Positions 17,796 through 27,283 of a stretch of 64,000 nt of DNA are shown piece after piece. Both the position numbers and the translations under genes were made by a program. The notes beneath the pieces are model-generated. The model had not been told where the DNA came from. It saw nothing but the letters and a program-made list of their open reading frames with translations, and searched no databases. Source of the DNA: Thermoplasmatota archaeon (GTDB taxonomy: Archaea > Thermoplasmatota > Poseidoniia > Poseidoniales > Poseidoniaceae). Where the stretch lies: contig JAYYDR010000051.1 in the NCBI GenBank assembly GCA_036160735.1, forward strand, positions 10,830 through 74,829, written 5' to 3'. The stretch's first letter is position 1; each line of letters opens with the position of its first letter.

Positions 17796-18811
17796 TCTCT
17801 CACCTCAAATTTGGAGAGAAGTGTTCTACATTGTTCCTTGGATTCCAAAGTTGTTATTCTCAAAACAACTCCTTTGTTTGGCTGTCCATATACCACATTT
17901 GTTCCAAGCGGAGCAAGTAAGTGTATCACGATAGGAGCTAGGTCTTCTTCGCCTTCTACTTCGATACATGTAGTTTGGTCGTTGTGAAGTGCAGCGGCTA
18001 CGGCCTTGAAAAGAGATGGAGTAATTTGACCTGCTGGGTTACTTGCTTCCAACATAATATCGAATTTACTAGTGTCAACTTTCTGGTCAAGTTCCACACG
18101 TTTTGTCATACCATCGATAATTGCAATATCGGCAACAACACCCATTTCCAAAAGAGTTGCAGCACATACATCACCTACTGCAATTATGCTGCCCGGGGCT
18201 AAGTTTTCCATTGCTGATGACATTGCGATTTCAGGAGAATCTTCAGGTCCTGTGAATAACTCTCCATTTGGCTTTTTTAATTCCTCATCCAGTCCGAAGT
18301 GAAAGTGATGAGTCTGATTTTTTTGATTTTCCTGCACCCATAATTTACCATCACAGTCGATCAATCCCGCTCTAATTCTAGAACTAGAGATAATTCCCCC
18401 CGCTTCATCGAGGCTGTGTTGAACCTCAATTATCTCAAGAGGCAGTAATCCGTTTTTCAATCGCATTTCGTTAATGCTCTGACAATTGCTTAATGTCTCT
18501 GGAGTACACACTATGCTATCACAGTCTTTGCGAAATGGTGCTGGTCCGTAACTGTCCTCCAGTTCATGGGTAGTTATTCTTTCATCCGACCAAGCAATAA
18601 CTGCCTCTCGCCTATGTTCAAAACTTTGCAAAATAGGAGACTTGGCGGCTGACATTTCGTCGTTTGTAATCCAGACCTCTACTAACTCTGCTGCGTCTAG
18701 TGCTGACTCAAGAAGTGCTTTGTGCCCTTGATGGAACCTATCGAAGGTGCCGCCAACCAAGCAGCGCTCCAACTTCGGCATGATTACCACTGTCTTTGGA
18801 TGGCTATTCAA
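17792..18811 (-). CDS. Predicted bifunctional CoA-biosynthesis protein: N-terminal archaeal phosphopantetheine adenylyltransferase (PPAT) fused to a C-terminal DUF359-like (GTP-dependent dephospho-CoA kinase-like) domain.
   Basis: N-terminus GGTFDRFHQGHKALL (HxGH nucleotidyltransferase) and ISSSRIR. C-terminal ~180 aa carries IAVGDVCAATLLEMGVVADIAIIDGMTKRVE, resembling the DUF359 core. 4-nt overlap with the GT2 gene. Confidence 0.55.
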   Translation of the reverse strand: MNSHPKTVVIMPKLERCLVGGTFDRFHQGHKALLESALDAAELVEVWITNDEMSAAKSPILQSFEHRREAVIAWSDERITTHELEDSYGPAPFRKDCDSIVCTPETLSNCQSINEMRLKNGLLPLEIIEVQHSLDEAGGIISSSRIRAGLIDCDGKLWVQENQKNQTHHFHFGLDEELKKPNGELFTGPEDSPEIAMSSAMENLAPGSIIAVGDVCAATLLEMGVVADIAIIDGMTKRVELDQKVDTSKFDIMLEASNPAGQITPSLFKAVAAALHNDQTTCIEVEGEEDLAPIVIHLLAPLGTNVVYGQPNKGVVLRITTLESKEQCRTLLSKFEVRD

Positions 18812-19106
18812 TGAATCGCAAGAAAAACTGTGCCCCGACCCGTAACAGCCCCTGTCATCGTCTCCTCGGGAGCTTGACCCAGGGTCAGGGCGTCTGTGCA
18901 GCCGGTTGGTTGTCTCACTCTCATTCTCTCGTCCAGCGAGGACCCATTACCGACCACATAGTCCATCGGTTTGCATCAGAGGTCATTCCCGAAAGTCACC
19001 CTGGTCTTCGTCGATGGCACATGACCGCAGTCATTGGTATCACAGTTCATCGAGCAGCACGCTCTCCGTGCGATGTTGCATGTGCGGTCAATTGAATGTC
19101 AGACGC
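18812..19106. other. 295-bp GC-rich non-coding gap between two minus-strand genes. Candidate structured small RNA or long 5' leader.
   Basis: GC clearly above the window average. Only Cys/His/Arg-rich junk ORFs on the plus strand. Local inverted repeats, e.g. ccatcg...cgatgg at 18963/19011. No tRNA T-loop, RNase P (GGCUUA) or SRP helix-8 motif recognised by eye. Confidence 0.2.
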
Positions 19107-21389
19107 TCATTGTTGTTGAAAGCGTCGGTGTAATTCGATATGAATGTCCAAATCATGTTTTGTTTCCAAAGGCACCATAGGAACTGAATTTTTGAAAAGC
19201 CATCCTGCGAATGGATGAGTTATCCCTAATGATGGATTGACACCCTGCTCTTTAGCAGTGATACCCATTAGTGAATCAGTTAGGTAATCCCTGCCAACAC
19301 CATCAGGCATATGGTGAACAAGTGCTAGGTCTTCGGAGGAGATTTCCTTCTTGCTAAGTATTACTGGCCATGGAATTTCAAGCGAAGATAGCGCTGTTCT
19401 GCCAATTGAGGAAGCCAAACAGTTCAGGAGCCAAGTTTCTGATTTATGCTGCCAAAGCGAATAATGAACATCTTCCATTACTGCAAGCATTTGCGTTCTG
19501 TCTAGAACATTGTCCTCTAGCAATAACTTGTGTTGTGGACAAGCTGATGCTATTTTGGCGATTTCCCTCTCTCCCCAATTTTTCCTAATTACCTCACTGG
19601 CCCTCAGTGGTTGCTCAAGCCAGGTATCAATAACATCGGGCAAATCTTCAATCCACTCACGACTTAGAAGAATTGCTGTTGCAATAGAAGGCTTGTTCGT
19701 AATTCTAGCAAGATTTGACAAGGGGTGCTCTCTTAATCGGTCAATAAGAATCGACAATGCTGTATCATCGTGCATGGCTAGACTGGAGAGGTCCTCATCT
19801 GCAAATGTGGTCAAATCAGCCAAACCAGCCCAAATTGGATCTATCGAATCTCCAACTCTCCTCCACCTCGAAGGTTGAGACTGTTTGCTTGTTGCTATCC
19901 AAGATGCAAGGGGATATTCACGCTCATGCCTGTCTGCCCACACATCATCGCCTTCCAATAATTGGCACGCTAACCATATGGCTTCTCTCGAATTCTCTGC
20001 ATTTTTTACACTGGTCAAACTACCCCGAATTAATTCCTCAGGGGTTTCGGGAGCCTGCCAATTTGTAGGCATCATCGAATCACGAGAAACTGTGATTGGA
20101 ATATTGATTCGGCCTGGAATTTCGAGATTGAATTTTCCGGACGTATCACTTGAAGTCAACTTCAATGGAATATCTAAACTAATCTCATTGCTAATTATGA
20201 CCCTACACCTGTTGTCTGCACCTAGCCTATCCAAAGCTTCGACATACTTCCATCTCCAATCCAAGATAATTGGCGCTTCTATTTCTTCAATAGCAAACAA
20301 CAAACACGCTTCTCCTGCTCTTTGTGAAAGATGTCTCGTATCGATCACCGAACCTATTTCATCCCCCCATTCTCTACCCGGGAAATCACTCAAAACCCTT
20401 CGCGTTAGAGCATTGCTTGACCTCGAATTAATGTCTTCAACCAATCGTGAGAATTTCAAATCTAGAGCTGAACTAGAAATCCTTGGATGAATTATTGAAA
20501 GCCAATATTTCAAAATAACGAACGGCAGAGGTTTGCTATTAACCCCAATCAAGTTACCATCGATAATTGAAACTGCATTCTCAGACATATTCGTAGCAAC
20601 TACCGACCTATCCAAACTACGACCCAGAACAGCTTGAATTGCACCACGTGGTTTTACTGGAGGCCCTGAATTACCCGCCCTACCAATTACATAATCTCCA
20701 TCTTGGAGGATTTGTGGTAACTCTGGCCAAAATCCAGAGGGCAATGGTGAGAACCAACTTCCCACGCTCACCGGCCAAGGATTTGCTTCATCTAGTAGCC
20801 TAGCACGGACTAATCCCATCACTTTAGGTCTCTCCATCCATGCTGTGAGCGTGGTGGGACTAGACTGAGTTGGAGCAGATGTTCTTCTCAATGTTTCAAT
20901 ATTCCACCATATCGGCCCATCTTCTCTTTGAACAGCCCATCGCCACCTTTCAGACTCCCCTTCATTTCCATTGGAATTTAGGAGTACTCCGCTAGCCTCA
21001 TCCATTGGCCTATCTGGTATGCCTAAGAGTGGGCCTGCTGGCTGAGATGCGTAACCAAGTAACATCATTGGACCATCTCTTGCAAGTACGATTCCTGCAG
21101 CACCTGGAGGGGGGGGCCATTGTACTAATTCTTTCATTCTAGCAAGTCCATCAGACTCCAATCTAGCTAGACCTTGAGACGATAAGCGGTATCTTGAACC
21201 ACGGATATTTGTTTGATCTCTTACTACGTCACCCGATTCTCTTAACTTCTTCAAGGCTGCTGAAGCGTGAGGAACTCTGATCTTCAACGCAGCAGAAACC
21301 TCAGTTACCGTTCCTCCGCCATCCGCTAACCAATCCAAAACCCTGCGTTGGTGCGTGGAACGAATACGGTTAGTTCGCACCATTGTCAC
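19107..21389 (-). CDS. Large hypothetical protein (760 aa) with an N-terminal winged-helix DNA-binding domain (MarR/ArsR-like). The remainder has no recognisable motif.
   Basis: N-terminus RRVLDWLADGGGTVTEVSAALKIRVPHASAALKKLRESGDVVRD is a wHTH pattern. The rest is a continuous ORF with moderate Trp/Leu content. Confidence 0.55.
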   Translation of the reverse strand: MTMVRTNRIRSTHQRRVLDWLADGGGTVTEVSAALKIRVPHASAALKKLRESGDVVRDQTNIRGSRYRLSSQGLARLESDGLARMKELVQWPPPPGAAGIVLARDGPMMLLGYASQPAGPLLGIPDRPMDEASGVLLNSNGNEGESERWRWAVQREDGPIWWNIETLRRTSAPTQSSPTTLTAWMERPKVMGLVRARLLDEANPWPVSVGSWFSPLPSGFWPELPQILQDGDYVIGRAGNSGPPVKPRGAIQAVLGRSLDRSVVATNMSENAVSIIDGNLIGVNSKPLPFVILKYWLSIIHPRISSSALDLKFSRLVEDINSRSSNALTRRVLSDFPGREWGDEIGSVIDTRHLSQRAGEACLLFAIEEIEAPIILDWRWKYVEALDRLGADNRCRVIISNEISLDIPLKLTSSDTSGKFNLEIPGRINIPITVSRDSMMPTNWQAPETPEELIRGSLTSVKNAENSREAIWLACQLLEGDDVWADRHEREYPLASWIATSKQSQPSRWRRVGDSIDPIWAGLADLTTFADEDLSSLAMHDDTALSILIDRLREHPLSNLARITNKPSIATAILLSREWIEDLPDVIDTWLEQPLRASEVIRKNWGEREIAKIASACPQHKLLLEDNVLDRTQMLAVMEDVHYSLWQHKSETWLLNCLASSIGRTALSSLEIPWPVILSKKEISSEDLALVHHMPDGVGRDYLTDSLMGITAKEQGVNPSLGITHPFAGWLFKNSVPMVPLETKHDLDIHIELHRRFQQQ

Positions 21390-21647
21390 CAGAATACTCC
21401 AAAAATAGCGACAATATCAATATTTTTACTTACAAAGCAATAATTAGTTACATTTTGTTACACATTTCCACTGGAGAATGGTTTTTTTGAATTCGGTTTA
21501 ACAACAAAACTACTTTTTCACCAAATTTTCACGGTAGTTAGTGTAACTTCAACAGTGATGTCGGAGGAACGGTTATATGGGCTGCTTCGCTCCTCCTAAA
21601 TAACGGCCCAAATCTTTGACGGAAACGGCCGGATGACAAGGAGGAGA

Positions 21648-21980
21648 ATGCAAATGAAAACAGTAAGAATACGTGAAAAAATCAAGAAGTTCCTGGGCGA
21701 TCGGCCACGCAACACGGCTGAAATCTTGGAGCACATTAACAGCACCATGAGACACGGCACTACTAGTCAGCAACTCGGAAACGTCCTCTCAAAAGACAAG
21801 GACATTGTCAAGGTAGGATACATTAAGCGCTCCGGCATTCTCTCTGGCGGATACGACATTTGCGAATGGGCCACAAGAACATGGGTCTCTGACAACTGCC
21901 CTGGTTGGGAAGAAGGACAACCTCTAATCATCGATTCTGAAGGAAACGTCCAGACCAACGATCTTATCAGAAGAAACTGA
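21648..21980 (+). CDS. Small winged-helix-like DNA-binding protein (~110 aa).
   Basis: GGAGG Shine-Dalgarno-like element immediately 5' of the ATG at 21648. KTVRIREKIKKFLGDRPRNTAEILEHINSTMRHGTTSQQLGNVLSKDKDIVKVGY resembles an HTH/wHTH. Confidence 0.5.
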   Translation: MQMKTVRIREKIKKFLGDRPRNTAEILEHINSTMRHGTTSQQLGNVLSKDKDIVKVGYIKRSGILSGGYDICEWATRTWVSDNCPGWEEGQPLIIDSEGNVQTNDLIRRN

Positions 21981-21985
21981 TTAGC

Positions 21986-22084
21986 ATGAGTTGGGTTAAG
22001 CGGATGACGGATGCTACCGTCTGCATGTTCTGTGGCGGCCTCGTAGTAGGCTGCCTTTGCACAGAGTGTGGAATGGTACAGTAA
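21986..22084 (+). CDS. 32-aa Cys-rich mini-protein (MSWVKRMTDATVCMFCGGLVVGCLCTECGMVQ), a putative zinc-ribbon/metal-binding peptide, 5 nt downstream of the small wHTH gene.
   Basis: Manual translation. CxxC...CxCxxC spacing. Not in the ORF track (shorter than 60 aa). Confidence 0.3.
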   Translation: MSWVKRMTDATVCMFCGGLVVGCLCTECGMVQ

Positions 22085-22193
22085 ACCTAGTCCAAACTAA
22101 TTTTTCCACTTGTTTATTCATTGCGAAACGCGCATCGACTTCCATTACCAGTCTAGTCACTAGGGCGTAATATGCCATTATTCGTTGAAAGAA

Positions 22194-23135
22194 TCACTGA
22201 CCATTGTAAATTGCAAGAGCTTCTTCAAGCCCTGCGCCATCACAAATGACTGCCTTACATGCAGCAGTCATTCTAACTGCTTCCTCCGTGGTCTTTTGGT
22301 GAATATTCCTTCCAGTTGCTGCTCCTCTACATCCGGAGATTTGCATTTGGTCAACCAAGCGCCCCAAGAATTCCTCTGGAGGGAGTGATCCACCGCCTGA
22401 GCAGATGATTCCGCAGCGGCCTGCAGCTTCTGCAGCAATTCCAAGGCTTTCGGGTTGAGTCATACCCTCAAATGCTCTAGGATAGTTGACCTTAGCAAAG
22501 TCTGCGCCAATACATGCCGCTACACCAGCTGCACCTGAGATTAATTGTGGGTCCTTTTCATCAGAAACCGCTTGTCCTCTTGGGTACATCCAGACAACTG
22601 CAATCATTCCAAGTTCGTGTGCTTGTCGAATGAAAGTGCAGGCTTCAGTAAGCATGTCATGCTCATACTCTGAACCAATGTAAACTGTGTATCCGATTCC
22701 GACAACATTGATTCCGTTGTGCAACAGTGCTGAAACATCGTCCAAATCCCATAGTGCTTGAGAAACAGGATCTCTTTGTGAAGTCTTTACCATGTGTGAT
22801 TTAGAATTTAGCTTGACCAAGTATGGAATATCAGGGTAATCTCTTGCGTATTGGGCTATGAGACCAAGTTGACCTGCTAGTACACCGATTGTTCCTTCTT
22901 CATGGGCCCTTGCTCCGATTTCGAAAAGGTGGGCTGGGTCATTTGATGACAGAGGGATTTTGTTTCCTCCATCGTAGAAATCATCATTCAAATGCTCAAT
23001 CTTTTGGTCACAGGCAAACAAATTCATCCTGCCTGTTCCGCAAGTTGCTGCATCCATATTGTCGATGAAAGTCTCGATAAGTTCGTCAGGAACGTCTGCT
23101 GGGACAGGATATTTGGTCGCCATTAAATCGTCCAC
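22194..23135 (-). CDS. Class I fructose-bisphosphate aldolase, archaeal DhnA/FbaB family (or the related ADH synthase family).
   Basis: Family-typical length (313 aa). Motifs YLVKLN...K (Schiff-base Lys region), GAATGRNIHQ and GGG loop. Confidence 0.65.
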   Translation of the reverse strand: MDDLMATKYPVPADVPDELIETFIDNMDAATCGTGRMNLFACDQKIEHLNDDFYDGGNKIPLSSNDPAHLFEIGARAHEEGTIGVLAGQLGLIAQYARDYPDIPYLVKLNSKSHMVKTSQRDPVSQALWDLDDVSALLHNGINVVGIGYTVYIGSEYEHDMLTEACTFIRQAHELGMIAVVWMYPRGQAVSDEKDPQLISGAAGVAACIGADFAKVNYPRAFEGMTQPESLGIAAEAAGRCGIICSGGGSLPPEEFLGRLVDQMQISGCRGAATGRNIHQKTTEEAVRMTAACKAVICDGAGLEEALAIYNGQ

Positions 23136-23228
23136 TTTCCTTTAGGACTTCAAAACATCGTTCGCTAATTGTACCCAAAACACTCAGTTTTGCAAAAACT
23201 AAGTGTATTTTATGTGTAAATTGCGAGT

Positions 23229-24092
23229 TCATTGTCCTTCAAATGAAGGTACTCTCTTCTCGACATATGCTGCGATTCCTTCCTTAGCATCGCTGCTCCC
23301 GAATAGAGCAGCCTGAAGCTCACGCTCGAGAGCCAAGTGGTACTCGAATGGAATCTCAGGTCCAGTCTGGCAAGAACGCTTGATGTTTCCAACAGCCTTT
23401 GTTGCCTTGTTTGGTAGAGTGAATTGGCTTGCCCAATCTAAAACGTCACGGCGGAAGTCATCTGCATCTCCTTCCCAAAGGTGATTGATTAAGTTGCAGT
23501 CAAGTGCATCTTCGAATGACATCAATTCACCAGTGACCATCATCTCCAGTGCCTTTGCCTTCCCAATAAGGCGAGTAAGGCGAGCTGTTCCACCAGTACC
23601 TGCTAGAACACCTAGGTTGATTTCTGGAAGACCGACCTTTCCTGAGTTCTTTCTTGCGATTCTAATGTCTGCTGCCATTGCGATTTCTAGACCGCCACCA
23701 ACAGCGTGACCGTTCATTGCACAAATTACCAACTTGGTAGTTTGCTCGAAGCGAGACAGTGTCTCGTTGGCATGGAGACAGAAGTTGTACTTGAACCCTG
23801 GAGAAACGCTGTTCAGCATCTGAATAGATGCACCTGCAGAGAAGAACTTGGAACCGTGACCTGTGATCACAATTACAGTTACATCGTCATCGAAACGTGC
23901 CTTGATAATTGCAGAGTCGATATCTCTCATCATTTCGTGAGTGTATGTGTTTGGACCCATTGCGTCTCCTTCCAGAGGAGCACCTGCTGAGTCTGAAGCT
24001 AGTTCAATGACTGCGATACCATTGTCTGTGGTTCCGTAGTTGACTAGACGGTTTGGCATTGGTTCTAATTTGAGTCCGTATAGGTCGCTCAT
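23229..24092 (-). CDS. Enoyl-CoA hydratase/isomerase (crotonase) family protein.
   Basis: Crotonase fold motifs FFSAGASIQM and GHAVGGGLEIAMAADIRIA. Confidence 0.8.
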   Translation of the reverse strand: MSDLYGLKLEPMPNRLVNYGTTDNGIAVIELASDSAGAPLEGDAMGPNTYTHEMMRDIDSAIIKARFDDDVTVIVITGHGSKFFSAGASIQMLNSVSPGFKYNFCLHANETLSRFEQTTKLVICAMNGHAVGGGLEIAMAADIRIARKNSGKVGLPEINLGVLAGTGGTARLTRLIGKAKALEMMVTGELMSFEDALDCNLINHLWEGDADDFRRDVLDWASQFTLPNKATKAVGNIKRSCQTGPEIPFEYHLALERELQAALFGSSDAKEGIAAYVEKRVPSFEGQ

Positions 24093-24122
24093 GGTTCACT
24101 CCAAACGGGTCCGCTTAATGAG

Positions 24123-25355
24123 TCAATCGCTACTCTCGCTGAACGAAGTCTTTCCACCCGAACGGCGTTTTTTGTCCCACCTATCCGCGACAGATTTCGC
24201 TTCATCAGACATTTCCCAGAGGTCCCTTTTCTTTGCCTTCCTAAACGGTAGACGCCTAACTCCTCTACCCATTGCCTTAGGGTCTGATTTCAGCATGAAT
24301 GGATTGACAATAACGTAGAGGAGAGATTTGTACCACTTGGGGCGGAATAATTTACCAATCCAAATTAATCCATCATTACGCTTCTTTTGGTCCTTCATCC
24401 ATGCTTTACACATGTACTTGAAAGTGCGATCTCCTACTCTATTCATCAAAAAACGATTGGCTACGGAAGTTTTCACATATGGCATCAATTGCTTTCGAAC
24501 TTCGGTTTCATAATCGCAATTTCCAAGAATATCTTGTGCTGCAAGGTATCCTGACCAAACCGCCATCCTCATTCCGAAGCCCCACATGAAGTCCTGCAGG
24601 CCACCTGACTCACCGACGTAATATCTTCCGTCTTGGAAGTAATTCTTGTTGATTGTAAAGTCACCTTTACCGCCAACTCTCTTGATAGGCTCCATATCTA
24701 TGTCCGGATAATGCCTCTGATACCAAGCAATTGTCTCGTTTAGGAACCTATCTGTTCCTCTTTGCTTTCTCCACAAACAGGTGCAAATCAAGCCAACTCC
24801 ATCGATGATTATCAGGTAAGAATACGAGCCAGGAGCCAACTTATCATTCATTTGAAAGGCAATGTGATTTGGATGCTTAGTCTTGAATATTTCACCATAA
24901 GCAACCGCACTTGTACCCTTAGGACCGCAAGCGATAATCTGACAGTCTTCTTCCTTGACTTTGCTCTTGTAGTGAAGATTTGCGCCGGCTGCAATAGCCA
25001 TTCGCTTGAAACCTTGGTCGATTGTATGTTCGGAAGTTCCCCTCTCTACAATTCTGTAAGCGACCTTCGGAGAGTAGGTTTTGCTGATTTCATCATCCGG
25101 GTGAATTAGGTCCACTTCCTTGAATTCTGTGGCTTTGAACTCGCTCGGGTCGTACCCCCATTCTACTAATTGGTCGAAGAAATCCGCATCCATAGACCAG
25201 TTTTCCAATGCTTGGAAATCTCCATCAAAACGTTGACCGGAGTCTTCTCTAACGTCGTGGACATGGACTTCTATGCCTGCTTCAGCAAGAGTTGTCGCAG
25301 CAGCTAAACCAGACAAACCTGCGCCCATGATGTGGATGGGGCCTGCCTGTGCCAT
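24123..25355 (-). CDS. FAD-dependent oxidoreductase (geranylgeranyl-reductase / halogenase-like family) with a Lys-rich C-terminal tail.
   Basis: N-terminal Rossmann IMGAGLSGLAAATTLAEAGIEVHVHD. ~410 aa. Confidence 0.5.
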   Translation of the reverse strand: MAQAGPIHIMGAGLSGLAAATTLAEAGIEVHVHDVREDSGQRFDGDFQALENWSMDADFFDQLVEWGYDPSEFKATEFKEVDLIHPDDEISKTYSPKVAYRIVERGTSEHTIDQGFKRMAIAAGANLHYKSKVKEEDCQIIACGPKGTSAVAYGEIFKTKHPNHIAFQMNDKLAPGSYSYLIIIDGVGLICTCLWRKQRGTDRFLNETIAWYQRHYPDIDMEPIKRVGGKGDFTINKNYFQDGRYYVGESGGLQDFMWGFGMRMAVWSGYLAAQDILGNCDYETEVRKQLMPYVKTSVANRFLMNRVGDRTFKYMCKAWMKDQKKRNDGLIWIGKLFRPKWYKSLLYVIVNPFMLKSDPKAMGRGVRRLPFRKAKKRDLWEMSDEAKSVADRWDKKRRSGGKTSFSESSD

Positions 25356-25407
25356 GGCATCCCATGAGTGTGGATGGTTTCAAGGATGCGGCGCACCTCG
25401 CAGTAAC

Positions 25408-25833
25408 ATGCAGGAGCATATCTTCATTCAAGAGGCTCCTAAATCATTAGACGTGGACAAACTCAGAAGTATGTTACACACAGAAGGCTGTGGTGCAATT
25501 GTTTCCTTCATTGGAATCACTAGAGGAATAGATGAGGGAGAAGAAGTTCTCCGCTTGGAGTTCGACGCATGGCAAGAAAAGTTGTCAGAAACATTGTATG
25601 GTTTAGCAAAAGATGCGATGTCAAAGTTCGGCTTACATTCCATAGCCATGGCCCACCGCACTGGTTCGGTAGGCCCTAGTGAAAACATAGTTGCAATTCA
25701 TGTTGCTAGCCCACATAGGAAGGAAGCCTTTGAAGGATGCTCGTGGTTGATTGACGAGTTGAAAATGCAAGCGCCATTATGGAAGAAAGAAGTCAAACCA
25801 AGTGGTGAAACTTGGAAAGCAGGATTGGGGTGA
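25408..25833 (+). CDS. moaE: Molybdopterin synthase catalytic subunit MoaE.
   Basis: GAIVSFIGITRG and PLWKKE motifs. Start set at MQEHIF, since the upstream part of the ORF would overlap the convergent gene. Confidence 0.75.
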   Translation: MQEHIFIQEAPKSLDVDKLRSMLHTEGCGAIVSFIGITRGIDEGEEVLRLEFDAWQEKLSETLYGLAKDAMSKFGLHSIAMAHRTGSVGPSENIVAIHVASPHRKEAFEGCSWLIDELKMQAPLWKKEVKPSGETWKAGLG

Positions 25834-25837
25834 TTAA

Positions 25838-26287
25838 ATGGAAAAAAGCATACAGGGAGTTGTAGACATATCGGCTAAACCAGTCGTGCAAAGGAGAGCG
25901 ATAGCAACAGGCTTAGTGCAATTATCAGAGTCCTCTAAGGATGCAATAACAACCGGCTCAGTAAAGAAAGGAGACGTATTGGAGGCATCTACAATCGCTG
26001 CAATTCAAGCGGTTAAGGAAACACCTAGAATTATTCCTCATTGCCATCCAATCCCTCTCGAAGGCTGTAAAGTCGATTGGACTTGGGAAGGAAATTCACT
26101 CAGGTGTACAGTCGAAGTCAATGCTCATTACAAGACTGGAATTGAGATGGAGGCATTGACAGGAGTCTCAGCAGGCCTTCTATGCGCTCTTGACATGGTT
26201 AAATCATTAGAAAAAGACGCAAATGGACAATATCCAGAAACCAAAATCACAGACATAGTTGTCTTAGAAAAACACAAGGCGGATTAA
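25838..26287 (+). CDS. moaC: Cyclic pyranopterin monophosphate synthase accessory protein MoaC.
   Basis: IPHCHPIPLEG and MEALTGVSAGLLCALDM motifs. 149 aa. Confidence 0.85.
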   Translation: MEKSIQGVVDISAKPVVQRRAIATGLVQLSESSKDAITTGSVKKGDVLEASTIAAIQAVKETPRIIPHCHPIPLEGCKVDWTWEGNSLRCTVEVNAHYKTGIEMEALTGVSAGLLCALDMVKSLEKDANGQYPETKITDIVVLEKHKAD

Positions 26288-26295
26288 GCGCTTTA

Positions 26296-27279
26296 TTGAT
26301 GGAGGGGTTACTTATCGCAAACAACATGGCGAGAACCGCTGACCTAGCACATCATTTTTTGGAAGCGGTAGACCGAGCGGCAATTGCAAGTGCTGAATGG
26401 CGCGGTTTGGGTGACAAAAACGCTGCAGACGCTGCCGCTGTTGAAGCAATGAGAAAAACATTCGACAAAGTGCCATTCGATGGTAGAGTAGCAATCGGAG
26501 AAGGAGAAAGAGACGATGCCCCAATGCTATTCATTGGAGAGGAACTCGGAAACCAAATTGGGGTCGAGGGAGCACTCCAAATCGACATAGCGGTAGACCC
26601 GCTTGAATGTACAAACAACTGTGCAGATAATACCCCGAATTCGATCGCTGTTCTTGCTGCAGCCCCGAGAGGAACCCTACTTCACGCACCCGACTGTTAC
26701 ATGGACAAAATCGCGGCTGGCCCAGAACTTGCGGGACACATCAGTTTGGATGGAGGCGTGACTTACAACCTAGAACAAGCCGCAGACGTATTGGACAAGC
26801 CAATGTCAGAAGTCAAGGTTGTTGCTCTCGACAGGGAAAGGCACGCTGAATTATTCAATGAAGTCAGAGAAGCAGGCGCACAACTCCACTTGATGGGGGA
26901 CGGAGATATCTCTGCAGCGATTTGGGCTGCAAGACCTGATGGTCCATACGACATGCTACTGGGAATAGGCGCTGCACCTGAGGGAGTAATCACAGCAACA
27001 GCGATTCGTGGAATAGGTGGCGTTTTCGAAGGAAGGCTAGTTTTCCGCTCAGACGAAGAAGAGAAGAGAGCAGAGAAGATGGTCGATGATGATTTGACAA
27101 GACTTTGGGATGCAACAGACCTTTGTCGTTCTGATGATGCTATCTTCGCAGCATCTGGAGTTTGCGACGGGTATCTTCCGGGAGTTATCCTAAACGAAGA
27201 CAGCGTGCAAACGTTTGCTGAGTTAATCGACGTACAAACTGGAAAGGTGACTCGTCACGACCGAACCCATTCATTGTGA
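26296..27279 (+). CDS. glpX: Class II fructose-1,6-bisphosphatase (GlpX-type; possibly FBP/SBP bifunctional).
   Basis: AIGEGERDDAP, IDIAVDPLECTN (DPLDGT-like) and GDGDISAAI motifs. 327 aa. Confidence 0.8.
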   Translation: MMEGLLIANNMARTADLAHHFLEAVDRAAIASAEWRGLGDKNAADAAAVEAMRKTFDKVPFDGRVAIGEGERDDAPMLFIGEELGNQIGVEGALQIDIAVDPLECTNNCADNTPNSIAVLAAAPRGTLLHAPDCYMDKIAAGPELAGHISLDGGVTYNLEQAADVLDKPMSEVKVVALDRERHAELFNEVREAGAQLHLMGDGDISAAIWAARPDGPYDMLLGIGAAPEGVITATAIRGIGGVFEGRLVFRSDEEEKRAEKMVDDDLTRLWDATDLCRSDDAIFAASGVCDGYLPGVILNEDSVQTFAELIDVQTGKVTRHDRTHSL

Positions 27280-27283
27280 TAGC

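Noticed and set aside
18812-19106. Possible tRNA, RNase P RNA or SRP RNA in the GC-rich gap.
   Set aside because: No GTTCRANYC T-loop on either strand. No GGCUUA / AGGAAAGUCC RNase P cores (only a partial GAAAGTCA). No helix-8 GGAAG/AGCA SRP signature recognisable by eye. It remains unclassified.
18796-19133. Plus-strand ORFs of 99 and 75 aa in the GC-rich gap.
   Set aside because: Cys/His/Arg/Ser-rich translations with no motifs, typical of spurious ORFs in GC-rich non-coding sequence. The region is reported instead as a candidate ncRNA.
26312-26993. Three minus-strand ORFs antisense to glpX.
   Set aside because: Ala/Ser-rich mirror-frame artefacts of a GC-richer gene.
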